From: an uncultured delta proteobacterium
GTDB taxonomy: Bacteria; Myxococcota_A; Polyangia; Polyangiales; Polyangiaceae
DNA length: 64,000 bases
Direction: 5' to 3'
NCBI GenBank assembly: GCA_963782055.1
Contig: CAWAIF010000003.1
Location: 352,001-416,000, forward strand
Shown here piece by piece: positions 18,674 to 27,390 of the stretch (position 1 is the first letter of the stretch; each line of letters starts with the position of its first letter). The notes below the pieces were generated by a model, which ran no database searches, was not told the DNA's origin, and saw only the letters and a list, made by a program, of their open reading frames with translations. The position numbers were made by a program, and so were the translations under genes.

Positions 18674-20593
18674 ATGCCTCGATGGACGGACGCGCCGATG
18701 TCGCTCGCGTGGCGAACGCGATGGGTCGAAGGCATGCGCGCGCGCTTCGCGGACGAACCCGCGCTCGACCGGACGCTCTCGTGGATCCGGACGATCGCGC
18801 TGGAGGACGACGCGTTCGTCCTGGCGACGGCGAGGGGCCGCGGCGTGTTCGGGTTTCCGTTCCCGTCTCGGCCCGGGCAGCGTCCGGAGCGCCTGGCGCT
18901 CGGCGAGGAGGACGCGCGCGTGCGGTTCGTCGTGCGCGCGGGGGAGGCGGCGCGCGGAGGGCGCGCGGGCGGAGACGCAGCGCCCGGGTGGAGACCGATC
19001 CTGCGCTTCGATGCGCTCTCGGTCTCCGAGCGCGACGCGCCCCACGGAGGCCCGCGCCCGCTGCGGCTCGGCCTGACGGGCGCCGAAGGATGGGCGCTGC
19101 TGCAGGCGGCGCGGGCGGCGGCCGAGGACGTGGTCGCCGGCGGCCCGCCGCCGAGAGAGACGGAGACTCGCGGCGCCGAGCCGCGCCTGTCGCAGCGGAC
19201 GGTGCTCGCGGTCTCGATGTGGACGCGCGGGCGACTGCGCGGGTCGGTCGTGTCCCCGCCCGGGCGTGCGCTCGTGATGGCGCGTCGATCCGGCGAGTGG
19301 GCATGCCAGGACCCGCGCTTCGAACGCCCCACCCTCGCCGAGCTGGACGACACCGTCTTCCAGGTCGGGCTGGTTCATGCGCCGGCCATCCCCCTCTCGC
19401 GCGACGAGATCCGCGAGCGGGACGCCTATCCCGACAAGGCGCTCTTCGTGTCGGAGGGAGCGCGCTTCGGAGCGTACATGCCGGAGGTCTTCAACATCCG
19501 CGCCCCGCGCAAGCTCGCGCCGCTGCTCCGCTCGCTCGCCATAGAGAAAGCCGGGCTCGAGGGGGTCGGCGCCCACACCCGGATCGAGGCGTGTGAGGTC
19601 AGCGAGGTGGTCGAGTCGGCGGACCGCACACGGGCGGTGGCGCTCGACGGCCCGATCGCGCGCGTCGCGGTGGACGAACCGGAGGGCCTGGCAGGCGCGG
19701 CGCGCGCCGCGGGCAGCGCGGCGTGCGCGTGGCTCGTGAGCGTGCAGCAGGAGGACGGCTCGTGGCCGGTGCGGGTGCGACCGGCGACCGGCGAGGGCGA
19801 GGGGCGCGATCCGGTGCGCGTCGCGCTCGTCGCGTTCGCCCTCGCCACCTTCGGCGTCGCCGCGCGGGTCGACGCGGCGCCCCGGGCTGCGAGCCGGGCG
19901 CTCGCCTGGCTCGCGCGCACTCGATCGGAGTGGACCCGCGATCCGGTGCGGGCGCTATGGACGCACTGCTACGTGGGACGGACCGCGACGTGCCTCGATG
20001 AAGCGGATGCGTTCGCGTCGGCCGCGGCGGGCGTACGGGAGGTCGCTCACGCCGCGGCTCGCGATCGGCTGGCCGCGCAGCACGCGGCGTCCTTCTCCCG
20101 CGAAGCCGCGGCGCGAGACGCGGACGCCGCGCGTCGCGCCGGGTCGCTCGGGGGCGCCCTCTACGAGGAGTTTCGCCGCGCGCGGGATGGTGGAAGCCCG
20201 ATGTCGCTCGCCGGGTGGGCGGAGCTCGCGGCAGCCTTCTCGAGCGATTCCCCGCAGGCGCGCGAGATCACCGGTTGGCTGCGCTCCTACCAGCTCCCGG
20301 ACGGCTCCTTCCCCGACACGACGGCGTCGCGATTCGCCTACACGCGTGGTACCGGCAAGGTCTTCGAGGTGCTCGCACGAACGTGCTCCGACGCCGAGCC
20401 CGCGCTCGAGCGTTCACTCGGGTGGCTCCGGACGATGCAGTACCGCCTCGACTCGGTCTTCTTCGTCCCGGAGGAGCACCGCGCGCGCGTGCTCGGCGGC
20501 CTGCGCCACGACGTCTACGACACCGCCGCGTGGGTCGACGCCGCGGGACATCTGCTGATCGGGCTCGCACCCATCGTGCGGAGGCCGTCGTGA
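18674..20593 (+). CDS. AMMECR1-domain protein with C-terminal prenyltransferase/cyclase-like alpha/alpha-barrel
   Basis: VSMWTRGRLRGS, ACQDPRF, YMPEV, EKAGL (AMMECR1); WLVSVQQEDGSW and WLRSYQLPDGSF (QW-like motifs); start uncertain (18674 or 18698). Confidence 0.8.
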   Translation: MPRWTDAPMSLAWRTRWVEGMRARFADEPALDRTLSWIRTIALEDDAFVLATARGRGVFGFPFPSRPGQRPERLALGEEDARVRFVVRAGEAARGGRAGGDAAPGWRPILRFDALSVSERDAPHGGPRPLRLGLTGAEGWALLQAARAAAEDVVAGGPPPRETETRGAEPRLSQRTVLAVSMWTRGRLRGSVVSPPGRALVMARRSGEWACQDPRFERPTLAELDDTVFQVGLVHAPAIPLSRDEIRERDAYPDKALFVSEGARFGAYMPEVFNIRAPRKLAPLLRSLAIEKAGLEGVGAHTRIEACEVSEVVESADRTRAVALDGPIARVAVDEPEGLAGAARAAGSAACAWLVSVQQEDGSWPVRVRPATGEGEGRDPVRVALVAFALATFGVAARVDAAPRAASRALAWLARTRSEWTRDPVRALWTHCYVGRTATCLDEADAFASAAAGVREVAHAAARDRLAAQHAASFSREAAARDADAARRAGSLGGALYEEFRRARDGGSPMSLAGWAELAAAFSSDSPQAREITGWLRSYQLPDGSFPDTTASRFAYTRGTGKVFEVLARTCSDAEPALERSLGWLRTMQYRLDSVFFVPEEHRARVLGGLRHDVYDTAAWVDAAGHLLIGLAPIVRRPS

Positions 20594-22113
20594 CCGCCGC
20601 CTTCGTCGAGCGCGTGGAGTCCGGGCCGGGACGCCGGGACGTGCCTCTGCCGGTGCGCGAGACGTACTCGCTCTCCGAGCTCTTGCCGAGACGCGCCCCG
20701 GGGGTCGGCTATCGCGTCCCGGGAGAGATGGGGCCCCCGCTGGCGCGCGCGTTCGAGCGGGCGTTCGCGCTCCTCGAGCGCGGCTACGGCCCGCTGTCGG
20801 TGCGCGCCCCGTCCAGGCTGCTCACGCCCCGCTGGTACCGGGTCGTCCGCGCGCTGGCGCGGCACGGGCTCGCCCGGACGCTGACGCTCTCGCTCCCGCA
20901 CGAGCGCGGCATCCCCCTGTACTACTTCGACATCGCCGCGGGGCCCTGCTGGCACGCGACCGACGGCGGGCAGCCCGAGCGCACGCGCTACGGCCGCGGG
21001 GTCTCCGACGACTACGATCACGCGCTGGCCAAGGGCGTGGGCGAGTGCCTCGAGCGCGGCTCCCTGCTCTACTTCCGGATGGCGGACATGATCCGCGGCA
21101 GCGCGCGGTCGCTGCGCGCGCGCGGGCTCCCCTTCGTCGACCCTCGCGCGCTGTCGGTCTTCTCACGGGAGCAGATCGACCGGCGGCCGGCGCTCGCGGT
21201 AGACGACGGCTCGGTGTTCCAGTGGGTGCCGTGCAGGTCGCTCGTGTCGTCGCAGGAGGCGCTCGTGCCGGCGCAGCTCGTGCACTGGAACTACCCGGTC
21301 GGCTGGGGGGACGCTCCGGAGCCCATGCTGCGCGAGCAGAACTCCCACGGCGCGGCCGCGTTCTACTCGCTGGACGGTGCGCTCCTGTCCGGCCTCCTCG
21401 AGTGCCTCCAGCGCGACGGCTTCTTCCGCCACTGGCTCCGCGGGATCGCGCCGCCGCGCATCGCGACCGGCGACGTCACGCGCCCGGCCACCGTGCGCCT
21501 GCTGCAGAGCGCCCGCGACGTCGGGCTGGAGCCGATCTTGCTCGACATCACCTCGCAGCTCGGCGTCCCGACGTGCGTGTGCGTGCTCGCGCGCGACGAC
21601 GGCGAGTCGCCGGCGGTGACGGTGGGCGCGAGCTGTCGGCTCGACGCGGAGAGGGCGATCCACGACGCGCTCCTCGAGGCGGCGAGCGTGCACCACGTCG
21701 TCGCGCAGAGCCCGGAGCGCCTTCGCGCGGCGGCCGGCCGCGATCCGCTCGTGGACGCGTCCTTCGACACCGACCACCGCCTGGCCTTCTGGGCGAACCC
21801 GGAGCACGCGCGCCACCTCGCGTGGCTGCTGGGCGGGGCGACGGAGTCGCTGTCGGACTTCCGTCGCGGGTGGCGTGCGCCCGAGAGCTCGCGCGAGGGG
21901 CTCGAGCGGGTCGTCGAGGTCCTCCGTCGCCATCGCATCGCCGCGTGGTTCCACGAGGTCCGCCACGCCGCGCTCGACGAGCTCGGCTTCGCGGCCGCGC
22001 GCGTGATCGTCCCCGACCTGCTCCCCATGTACTGCGTGGACCGGAACGCGCCGCTCGGTCAGGCGCGCGCGGAGGGCGCCGCGCAGCCACCGTGGCCGCA
22101 CCCCTTTCCGTGA
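20590..22113 (+). CDS. YcaO-family ATP-dependent peptide backbone-modifying enzyme
   Basis: GTGA overlap; AKGVGECLER, NSHGAAA, LLECLQRD, ALLEAA, VIVPDL; C-terminal PWPHPFP. Confidence 0.93.
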   Translation: MTAAFVERVESGPGRRDVPLPVRETYSLSELLPRRAPGVGYRVPGEMGPPLARAFERAFALLERGYGPLSVRAPSRLLTPRWYRVVRALARHGLARTLTLSLPHERGIPLYYFDIAAGPCWHATDGGQPERTRYGRGVSDDYDHALAKGVGECLERGSLLYFRMADMIRGSARSLRARGLPFVDPRALSVFSREQIDRRPALAVDDGSVFQWVPCRSLVSSQEALVPAQLVHWNYPVGWGDAPEPMLREQNSHGAAAFYSLDGALLSGLLECLQRDGFFRHWLRGIAPPRIATGDVTRPATVRLLQSARDVGLEPILLDITSQLGVPTCVCVLARDDGESPAVTVGASCRLDAERAIHDALLEAASVHHVVAQSPERLRAAAGRDPLVDASFDTDHRLAFWANPEHARHLAWLLGGATESLSDFRRGWRAPESSREGLERVVEVLRRHRIAAWFHEVRHAALDELGFAAARVIVPDLLPMYCVDRNAPLGQARAEGAAQPPWPHPFP

Positions 22114-22126
22114 GGTCGCGAGGCGC

Positions 22127-22396
22127 TCAGTCCGTCCCGGCGTCGTAGTAGGGGGCCTCGATGATCGGGCCGGTGTCGCTCCCCCCGTCGAAGTAGGGGG
22201 CCTCCACGATCACGCCTACGTCGACCGGTGCGTCCTTGGGCTGATCGGTGGAGGCATCGGCCGCGGGCCCCGTCGTCGCCCCGCCGCAGCTCGCGACACC
22301 GGCCGTGATGAGGAGCGCGAGCCCCCGCTCCCCGACGGCGCGCGCGCCACGCGAGAGACGGTCGACGATGGCTCGCCTGAGACGGGGATCGAGCAT
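22127..22396 (-). CDS. Small lipoprotein-like peptide 3 with duplicated core, candidate precursor
   Basis: Basic leader, GVAS-C lipobox-like site, GVIVEAPYFDGGSD and GPIIEAPYYDAGTD repeats (also repeated at DNA level). Confidence 0.75.
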   Translation of the reverse strand: MLDPRLRRAIVDRLSRGARAVGERGLALLITAGVASCGGATTGPAADASTDQPKDAPVDVGVIVEAPYFDGGSDTGPIIEAPYYDAGTD

Positions 22397-22474
22397 GCGC
22401 TTCGAGTATCCGCGGCGACGGAGCGCAGGTCAAGGATGAGCCGTGAGGGCGGGAGCGAGAGGGAGCACGCGGCG

Positions 22475-23377
22475 CTACGGCGTGCTGCAGAAGAGGGGGG
22501 CGACCGAGAGGAACATGCTCTCGAAGTCCGGACCCGCGAAGCACGCGGCGTAGGTCTGCGCGTCGGGGTCGCACTGCCCGTCCTCGTAGTTCTTGCATCC
22601 GCCGGCCATGGCCGCCTGCTCGCATTGCAAGCGATCGTAGTTGTCATGGTCGAAGCAGCTCTCGCACGCGTAGCTCACGCAGTCCTGCGCGGCCTGGTAT
22701 CGGTATGCGCAGCTCCCCGGCGGCGCGGGGTTCTCGCCGGAGAGGAGCTCCATGCAGCCCGCGATGTTCGCCTCGGCAATGCCTTGGTCGAAGACGAGCG
22801 GTCCCCATGCGGGGTCGGTCTTCTTGGAGTCGAGGCACTGCGCGCACGGTGCGTTTGTCCCACCGTCGGCGTCGGATAGCCACGCCGCGCACTCCTGGGC
22901 CGTGGAGCTCGTGTCGAGGCACGCCGCGAAGAAGCCCTGAAGCTGCTGCGCCGTGCACGCGTCCTGTGGCGCGCGCGCCGGCTTCGGGTCGCGCGGCGCG
23001 AAGCCGGAGGGGTCTGGCCAGACGCCCGCCCAGCTTCCGGGCGGGCAGACGTAAGCATGCGATGCAGAGTCGCAGACGGGCGAGACGGTATCGTCCACGC
23101 TGCTGCCAGTGCAGCAGGTGGGAATCGCCGAGGCGTCGGTGGGATCGCAGGGGCACTGCGTGACCGGGAACGCGCCGCCGGGGCAGCCCCAGCCGCTCGC
23201 GGTGCACACCGCGGCGACCTGCTTGCCCGGTTCACACGCCGACACGCAGCTGGCCGGCACGCCCGGGCACGAGAGCGCGCTCGTCTCGATGCCCGCGTCG
23301 GCGGGGCCCTGCTGCGCCGTGCCACACGCAGCAGCGGCGGCGCAGAGGACCCAGACCCACCTCGGCGAGATGCTCAC
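22475..23377 (-). CDS. Cys-rich lipoprotein
   Basis: AAAA-C lipobox; many Cys; ends APLFCSTP. Confidence 0.8.
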   Translation of the reverse strand: MSISPRWVWVLCAAAAACGTAQQGPADAGIETSALSCPGVPASCVSACEPGKQVAAVCTASGWGCPGGAFPVTQCPCDPTDASAIPTCCTGSSVDDTVSPVCDSASHAYVCPPGSWAGVWPDPSGFAPRDPKPARAPQDACTAQQLQGFFAACLDTSSTAQECAAWLSDADGGTNAPCAQCLDSKKTDPAWGPLVFDQGIAEANIAGCMELLSGENPAPPGSCAYRYQAAQDCVSYACESCFDHDNYDRLQCEQAAMAGGCKNYEDGQCDPDAQTYAACFAGPDFESMFLSVAPLFCSTP

Positions 23378-23456
23378 CCCTCCACATTCCCGCGCGTGTC
23401 GCGAGCGATCAAAGGATTTTCGTGCGGTGGGACAGCCTCGTTGCTAGATTGCAGTG

Positions 23457-24596
23457 ATGGGGGCACGCCAGAGGCGGGGGATCGTCGTCGCCGCGGTGGC
23501 GACCGCCGGCGTGGCGGCGCTCTGTGTCGGCGCGGCGTGCTGCGGCGGGCAGCCCAAGGCTGCCCAGAGCTGCTCCGGCGAGCCCTCCTTGGTGCGCGGC
23601 AAGTGGCAGCTCGTCGGAGGCGACTTCCCCTGCCAGGCCGTGTGCGACGACGGGTGGACGTCGTGCACCGGCACCTGCGACTGCCGGGTCACCGCTCCGC
23701 TCCCGGAGGCTTCTCTCCAGCCCGCCGACGGGGCCGCCGGCACCGGCGTCACGCGCGTCGCCACGCTCATTGGCGCGCCGGGTGGTGTGGCCATCGAGGG
23801 CACGCGCGTCTACTACCTGGACGGCGACGCGCTGCGCGCGGTCGACGCGGCGGGCGGGCCGGTGACCACCCTCGCGACCGACCTGACGCCCGCCGGCGGC
23901 GTCGCCGTGCGCGACGGCGCGGTCTACGTGCCGGTCGCGCAGTCGCCCAACTCGCCGGGATTGGTCGTGGTCGTGGCCGCGGACGGGGGCACGAGCGCGC
24001 TCGTGGCCGACGCCGACCCCGGCGCGGGGATCGAGGTGGACGACGCGTCGGTGCTCTGGCTCTCCCGCTCCGGGTTCGACGCCGGACCCGGCGTGGTTCG
24101 CTCCGCGCTCGCCGGCGGCGCGTCGACGTGGCTCCTCCCGGCCGACGACGACGCGGGCGCCTACAAGTCCTTCGCCGGGTCGAGGAACGGCGTCTACGGC
24201 ATCGCGGGCGGCGCGCTCGCCCTCGCGCGCCTCGAGGGCGGCGTGATCGCCGTCGGCGATGGCGGCGTGGCCGTGGCGGCGTGCCGGCTCGGCTGGGAGG
24301 TCGCGATCACCCGCGACGCCGATGGTGGCGAGTCTCTCGACGCGATCGTGGACGCTGCGCTCCCTTACCGCTCGCCGCTGAACGGCGCCGTGACAGCGCT
24401 GAGCTGCGCGAGTGACACCACCGTGCTCATGGCGACGGACGAGCGGATCTACGCCGTGGGGGGCGGCACCTCCACGGCCCTGCTCGTCGACGGGCAGGCG
24501 GGCATCGCCTACGTCGCCGGGACCGCGAGCCGCGTCGTCTGGATCACCCGCGCCACCCAGTCGCAGCCTGGGAGCGTGTGGGTCGGACCTCGATGA
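23457..24596 (+). CDS. Lipoprotein with Cys-rich N-domain and beta-propeller-like repeats
   Basis: Signal ending GAA-C; repeats GVAIEGTRVYY, GVAVRDGAVYV, GIEVDDASVLW. Confidence 0.75.
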   Translation: MGARQRRGIVVAAVATAGVAALCVGAACCGGQPKAAQSCSGEPSLVRGKWQLVGGDFPCQAVCDDGWTSCTGTCDCRVTAPLPEASLQPADGAAGTGVTRVATLIGAPGGVAIEGTRVYYLDGDALRAVDAAGGPVTTLATDLTPAGGVAVRDGAVYVPVAQSPNSPGLVVVVAADGGTSALVADADPGAGIEVDDASVLWLSRSGFDAGPGVVRSALAGGASTWLLPADDDAGAYKSFAGSRNGVYGIAGGALALARLEGGVIAVGDGGVAVAACRLGWEVAITRDADGGESLDAIVDAALPYRSPLNGAVTALSCASDTTVLMATDERIYAVGGGTSTALLVDGQAGIAYVAGTASRVVWITRATQSQPGSVWVGPR

Positions 24597-24859
24597 CGGG
24601 GCTCGCCCGAGCCCGGCGGCGGGTCGTGTACGCCGCTCTCGCGGGTGGCGCCCTCGCGATGGGGCTCTCCCTCGGCGTCGCCTGTCAGTCGACCTCGAGT
24701 GCGCCGTGCGCCGGCCTGGTCGAGCACATGCACGGTCATTGGGTCGGGGGTGGCTACGGCGACAGCTTCTGCACGCCTGGAGTGCGACCCGGGCTGGGCC
24801 TCTGGTGTCTTCGGGACGTGCACGGCGGCGCACCCTCCTCCCCGCCCGAGCGAGCGTGA
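24593..24859 (+). pseudogene. Probable disrupted small lipoprotein
   Basis: ATGA overlap; LGVA-C lipobox; Cys-containing continuation (LECDPGW...GTC) in another frame; 3' end runs into repeat copy C. Confidence 0.4.
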
Positions 24860-25004
24860 GCGAGCGATGGGCCAGGGGAGGAGGCGTCGCGCGCACGGCT
24901 CACGCGCAGCGCGCGCAGGCCGCGAGGGTCGTGACCCTCGTGCACCGCCGTCGCGGCCGAGCACGCGAGCATGAGCCGGAGCACGACGCCAGGAGGGGCC
25001 CCCC
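24830..25004 (-). repeat. Dispersed ~170-bp intergenic repeat, copy C
   Basis: Reverse complement matches 11849-12015; starts directly after the stop of the VWA gene. Confidence 0.9.
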
Positions 25005-26471
25005 TCACGGCAAGAGCGCGATCCGGTCCTTGCACGGCTTCGCGTCCTCGTCGGTGCGAAGCCCGGGGATGCGCATCGGGTCGGCGTCCAGCGCCGCCAG
25101 CTCCCGCTTCACCTTGCTCACGATGAGGCCGTCCAGGTTGCCGCTCGCGTACTGCTCCTGCGTGCCGCCGCAGCTCGACTTGGGATCGCCGCCGCCGGTG
25201 GACTGCGGGCCGGCGCCGCCGCGCAGCACGAACATCTCGGTGCCGCCGGTGTACTGCGCCATCTGCCGCCACACCGCCTGGCCCAGGTCGTTCATCCCGG
25301 AGGCGGCGATGGTGAAGAGCTGGACGCCGTGGTGCGCGGCCGTCTTCATGTCGACGGCGTAGTCCACCTCGTTGGGGTAATCGAGGTGCGGGGGCGCGTC
25401 GCCGATGACGAAGGCCATGCGCGAGACGGCGTGGGTGTTCCAGTCGAGCTGGGTGAGGGCAGTGTGCAAGCCCGCCTCCATGTCCTCCGGCATGTCGCCC
25501 CCGCCGCCCGCCTCGATGCCGGCGACCTTCGCCGAGAAGGCGCGGAGGTTCTGCGACATGGGGTAGACCCTGGTCACGTAGGCGTCGCCGTGATCCTTGT
25601 ACTCGACGAGGCCGACGCGCACCCGCACCTGGCCGCTCCCGAGCGTCTGCGCGACCTTCTGGATCGTGGTCTTCACGCTCGCGATCTCCTCGCTCATCGA
25701 CCCGGTCGTATCCAGGATGAAGGCGAGGTCGACGGCCGGCGTGCCGATGTCGCGCGCCTTCTTCAGGCGCAGGTCGACGGTGCCGTCGCCGTCGTCGTTG
25801 AGGGAGAAGTGCGTGGTGGTGGTGTCCTCCGCGCAGCGGGCGACGGCGGTGAAGTCGTGGCCCTCCATGCTCTCGGCGAAGGGAAAGAGGATGGCGCGGC
25901 CGGAGGCGGTGGTGGTGAGGGTGATCGCGTGCTGCTTCGAGTCGGTGACGGTGACCGGGCAGCGCGGGACGGCCTTGCCGGCCGCGTCGCGCACGACGAG
26001 GAAGCGGCGCGAGCGCACGTCCACGCGGTGGATGGCGCTGGTCACCGTGCCCAGGTAACGCTGAAACTCGCGGTAGTTGGCGTTGTCGTCCCACTCGCCC
26101 GCCTTGATGGGGCCGCCGCCGCTGGCGAAGCCGTGGGCGCGCGTGGCCTTCCCCATCGGGATGTCGGTCGGCCCGGCGCCCTCCAGCGCCAGCGTGCCGG
26201 TCGCGGTGGTCGCCGTCGCCGCCGGCAGAGGAGCCATCTCGTCGGGGGCGGTCGCCGCAGACGCCATGGCCGCGGCTCTCCCCCCGGCGCCCGCCGCCCC
26301 CTTGTCCTTCGCCTCCTCCCCGTTGGCCACCGGGCTGGTGGTGGCCACCGGCGAGGCGACCGCGGTCCCGTGCCCATCCTCCGCCTTCGAGGAGGCGGCG
26401 GGGGCCGAGCGGCTGCACGCCGCGGCGAGCGTCAGCAGGACCAGGGAGCCGAACCGGAGGGCGTTTCGCAT
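25005..26471 (-). CDS. VWA-domain lipoprotein
   Basis: LAAA-C lipobox; KAGEWDDN; DLAFILDTTGSM (MIDAS); GGGDMPE; IGDAPPH. Confidence 0.92.
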   Translation of the reverse strand: MRNALRFGSLVLLTLAAACSRSAPAASSKAEDGHGTAVASPVATTSPVANGEEAKDKGAAGAGGRAAAMASAATAPDEMAPLPAATATTATGTLALEGAGPTDIPMGKATRAHGFASGGGPIKAGEWDDNANYREFQRYLGTVTSAIHRVDVRSRRFLVVRDAAGKAVPRCPVTVTDSKQHAITLTTTASGRAILFPFAESMEGHDFTAVARCAEDTTTTHFSLNDDGDGTVDLRLKKARDIGTPAVDLAFILDTTGSMSEEIASVKTTIQKVAQTLGSGQVRVRVGLVEYKDHGDAYVTRVYPMSQNLRAFSAKVAGIEAGGGGDMPEDMEAGLHTALTQLDWNTHAVSRMAFVIGDAPPHLDYPNEVDYAVDMKTAAHHGVQLFTIAASGMNDLGQAVWRQMAQYTGGTEMFVLRGGAGPQSTGGGDPKSSCGGTQEQYASGNLDGLIVSKVKRELAALDADPMRIPGLRTDEDAKPCKDRIALLP

Positions 26472-26516
26472 GGTGTCCGTTCCGACGGCCGGCGGGCCGA
26501 AAGGATCTAGGCCCCG

Positions 26517-26536
26517 ACCCGAACGCCCGTTCGGGT
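26517..26536. promoter_or_regulatory. Palindromic putative operator
   Basis: ACCCGAAC-GCCC-GTTCGGGT between the divergent VWA and acyltransferase genes. Confidence 0.5.
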
Positions 26537-26553
26537 AAGCTCGGCCCCGCCCG

Positions 26554-27390
26554 ATGTCCCTGATCCACGAAGTCCGCGACCGGATCGAACGCCTGGAGCT
26601 GCCGTTCAACCGCTTCGGCGTCGACCACTACGGCATCTCCAAGAAGCACCTGCGCTACTGGTTTCTGCTCCTGGGGGCGCTCTACAAGGACTACTTCCGG
26701 GTGAAGTCGTACGGGATGGAGCACATCCCCCCACGTGGCCGGGCGATGCTCATCGGCAACCACTCGGGGGGCGTGGCCTTCGACGGGGCGATGGTGATCG
26801 CCTCCACCTTCTTCGACATGGAGCCGCCGCGCCTCGCGCAGGGGATGGTGGAGAAGTTTCTCAACCGGGTGCCCATCGCCTCCCTGTGGATGAACCGCGT
26901 CGGCCAGTTCACCGGCCTGCCGGAGAACGCGATCCACCTGCTGGAGGACGAGCGGATGCTGATGGTGTTCCCCGAGGGCGCGCGCGGCACCGCCAAGCTC
27001 TACTGGGAGCGCAACTCGCTGGTGCACTTCGGCTCGGGGTTCATGCGCCTCGCGCTCGCGACGCGGACGCCCATCGTGCCGCTCGCCTTCGTGGGCGGGG
27101 GCGACGCCTTCCCGACGGTGGTCAACGCGTACAAGCTGGGCAAGGTCTTCGGGGTGCCGTACGTGCCGCTCACCGCGTACCTGCTCCCGGTGCCGCTGCC
27201 GGTGCAGCTCTCGGTGCACTACGGCGAGCCGATGGTCTTCGAGGGCACCGGCAACGAGGATGACGCGACCATCGAGCACAAGGTGGAGCAGGTGCGCGCG
27301 CGCATCGCCGAGATGCTGGAGCGCGGGGAGCGCACGCGCGAGGGGCTGCTCCTCGCGGCGGGGAATCGCGGGAAGGGCGGGGAGTCGTGA
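26554..27390 (+). CDS. Lysophospholipid acyltransferase family protein
   Basis: NHSGGVAFD (HxxxxxD-like), VFPEG, TPIVP. Confidence 0.92.
   Translation: MSLIHEVRDRIERLELPFNRFGVDHYGISKKHLRYWFLLLGALYKDYFRVKSYGMEHIPPRGRAMLIGNHSGGVAFDGAMVIASTFFDMEPPRLAQGMVEKFLNRVPIASLWMNRVGQFTGLPENAIHLLEDERMLMVFPEGARGTAKLYWERNSLVHFGSGFMRLALATRTPIVPLAFVGGGDAFPTVVNAYKLGKVFGVPYVPLTAYLLPVPLPVQLSVHYGEPMVFEGTGNEDDATIEHKVEQVRARIAEMLERGERTREGLLLAAGNRGKGGES

Noticed and set aside
20590..22113. YcaO as a TfuA-dependent thioamide synthase or a classical TOMM cluster
   Set aside because: No TfuA, E1-like/ocin-ThiF or SagB-type dehydrogenase gene is recognisable in the window
22127..22396. Cittilin- or biarylitide-type precursor because of the YY/YF residues
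   Set aside because: There is no cytochrome P450 nearby and the precursor layout differs
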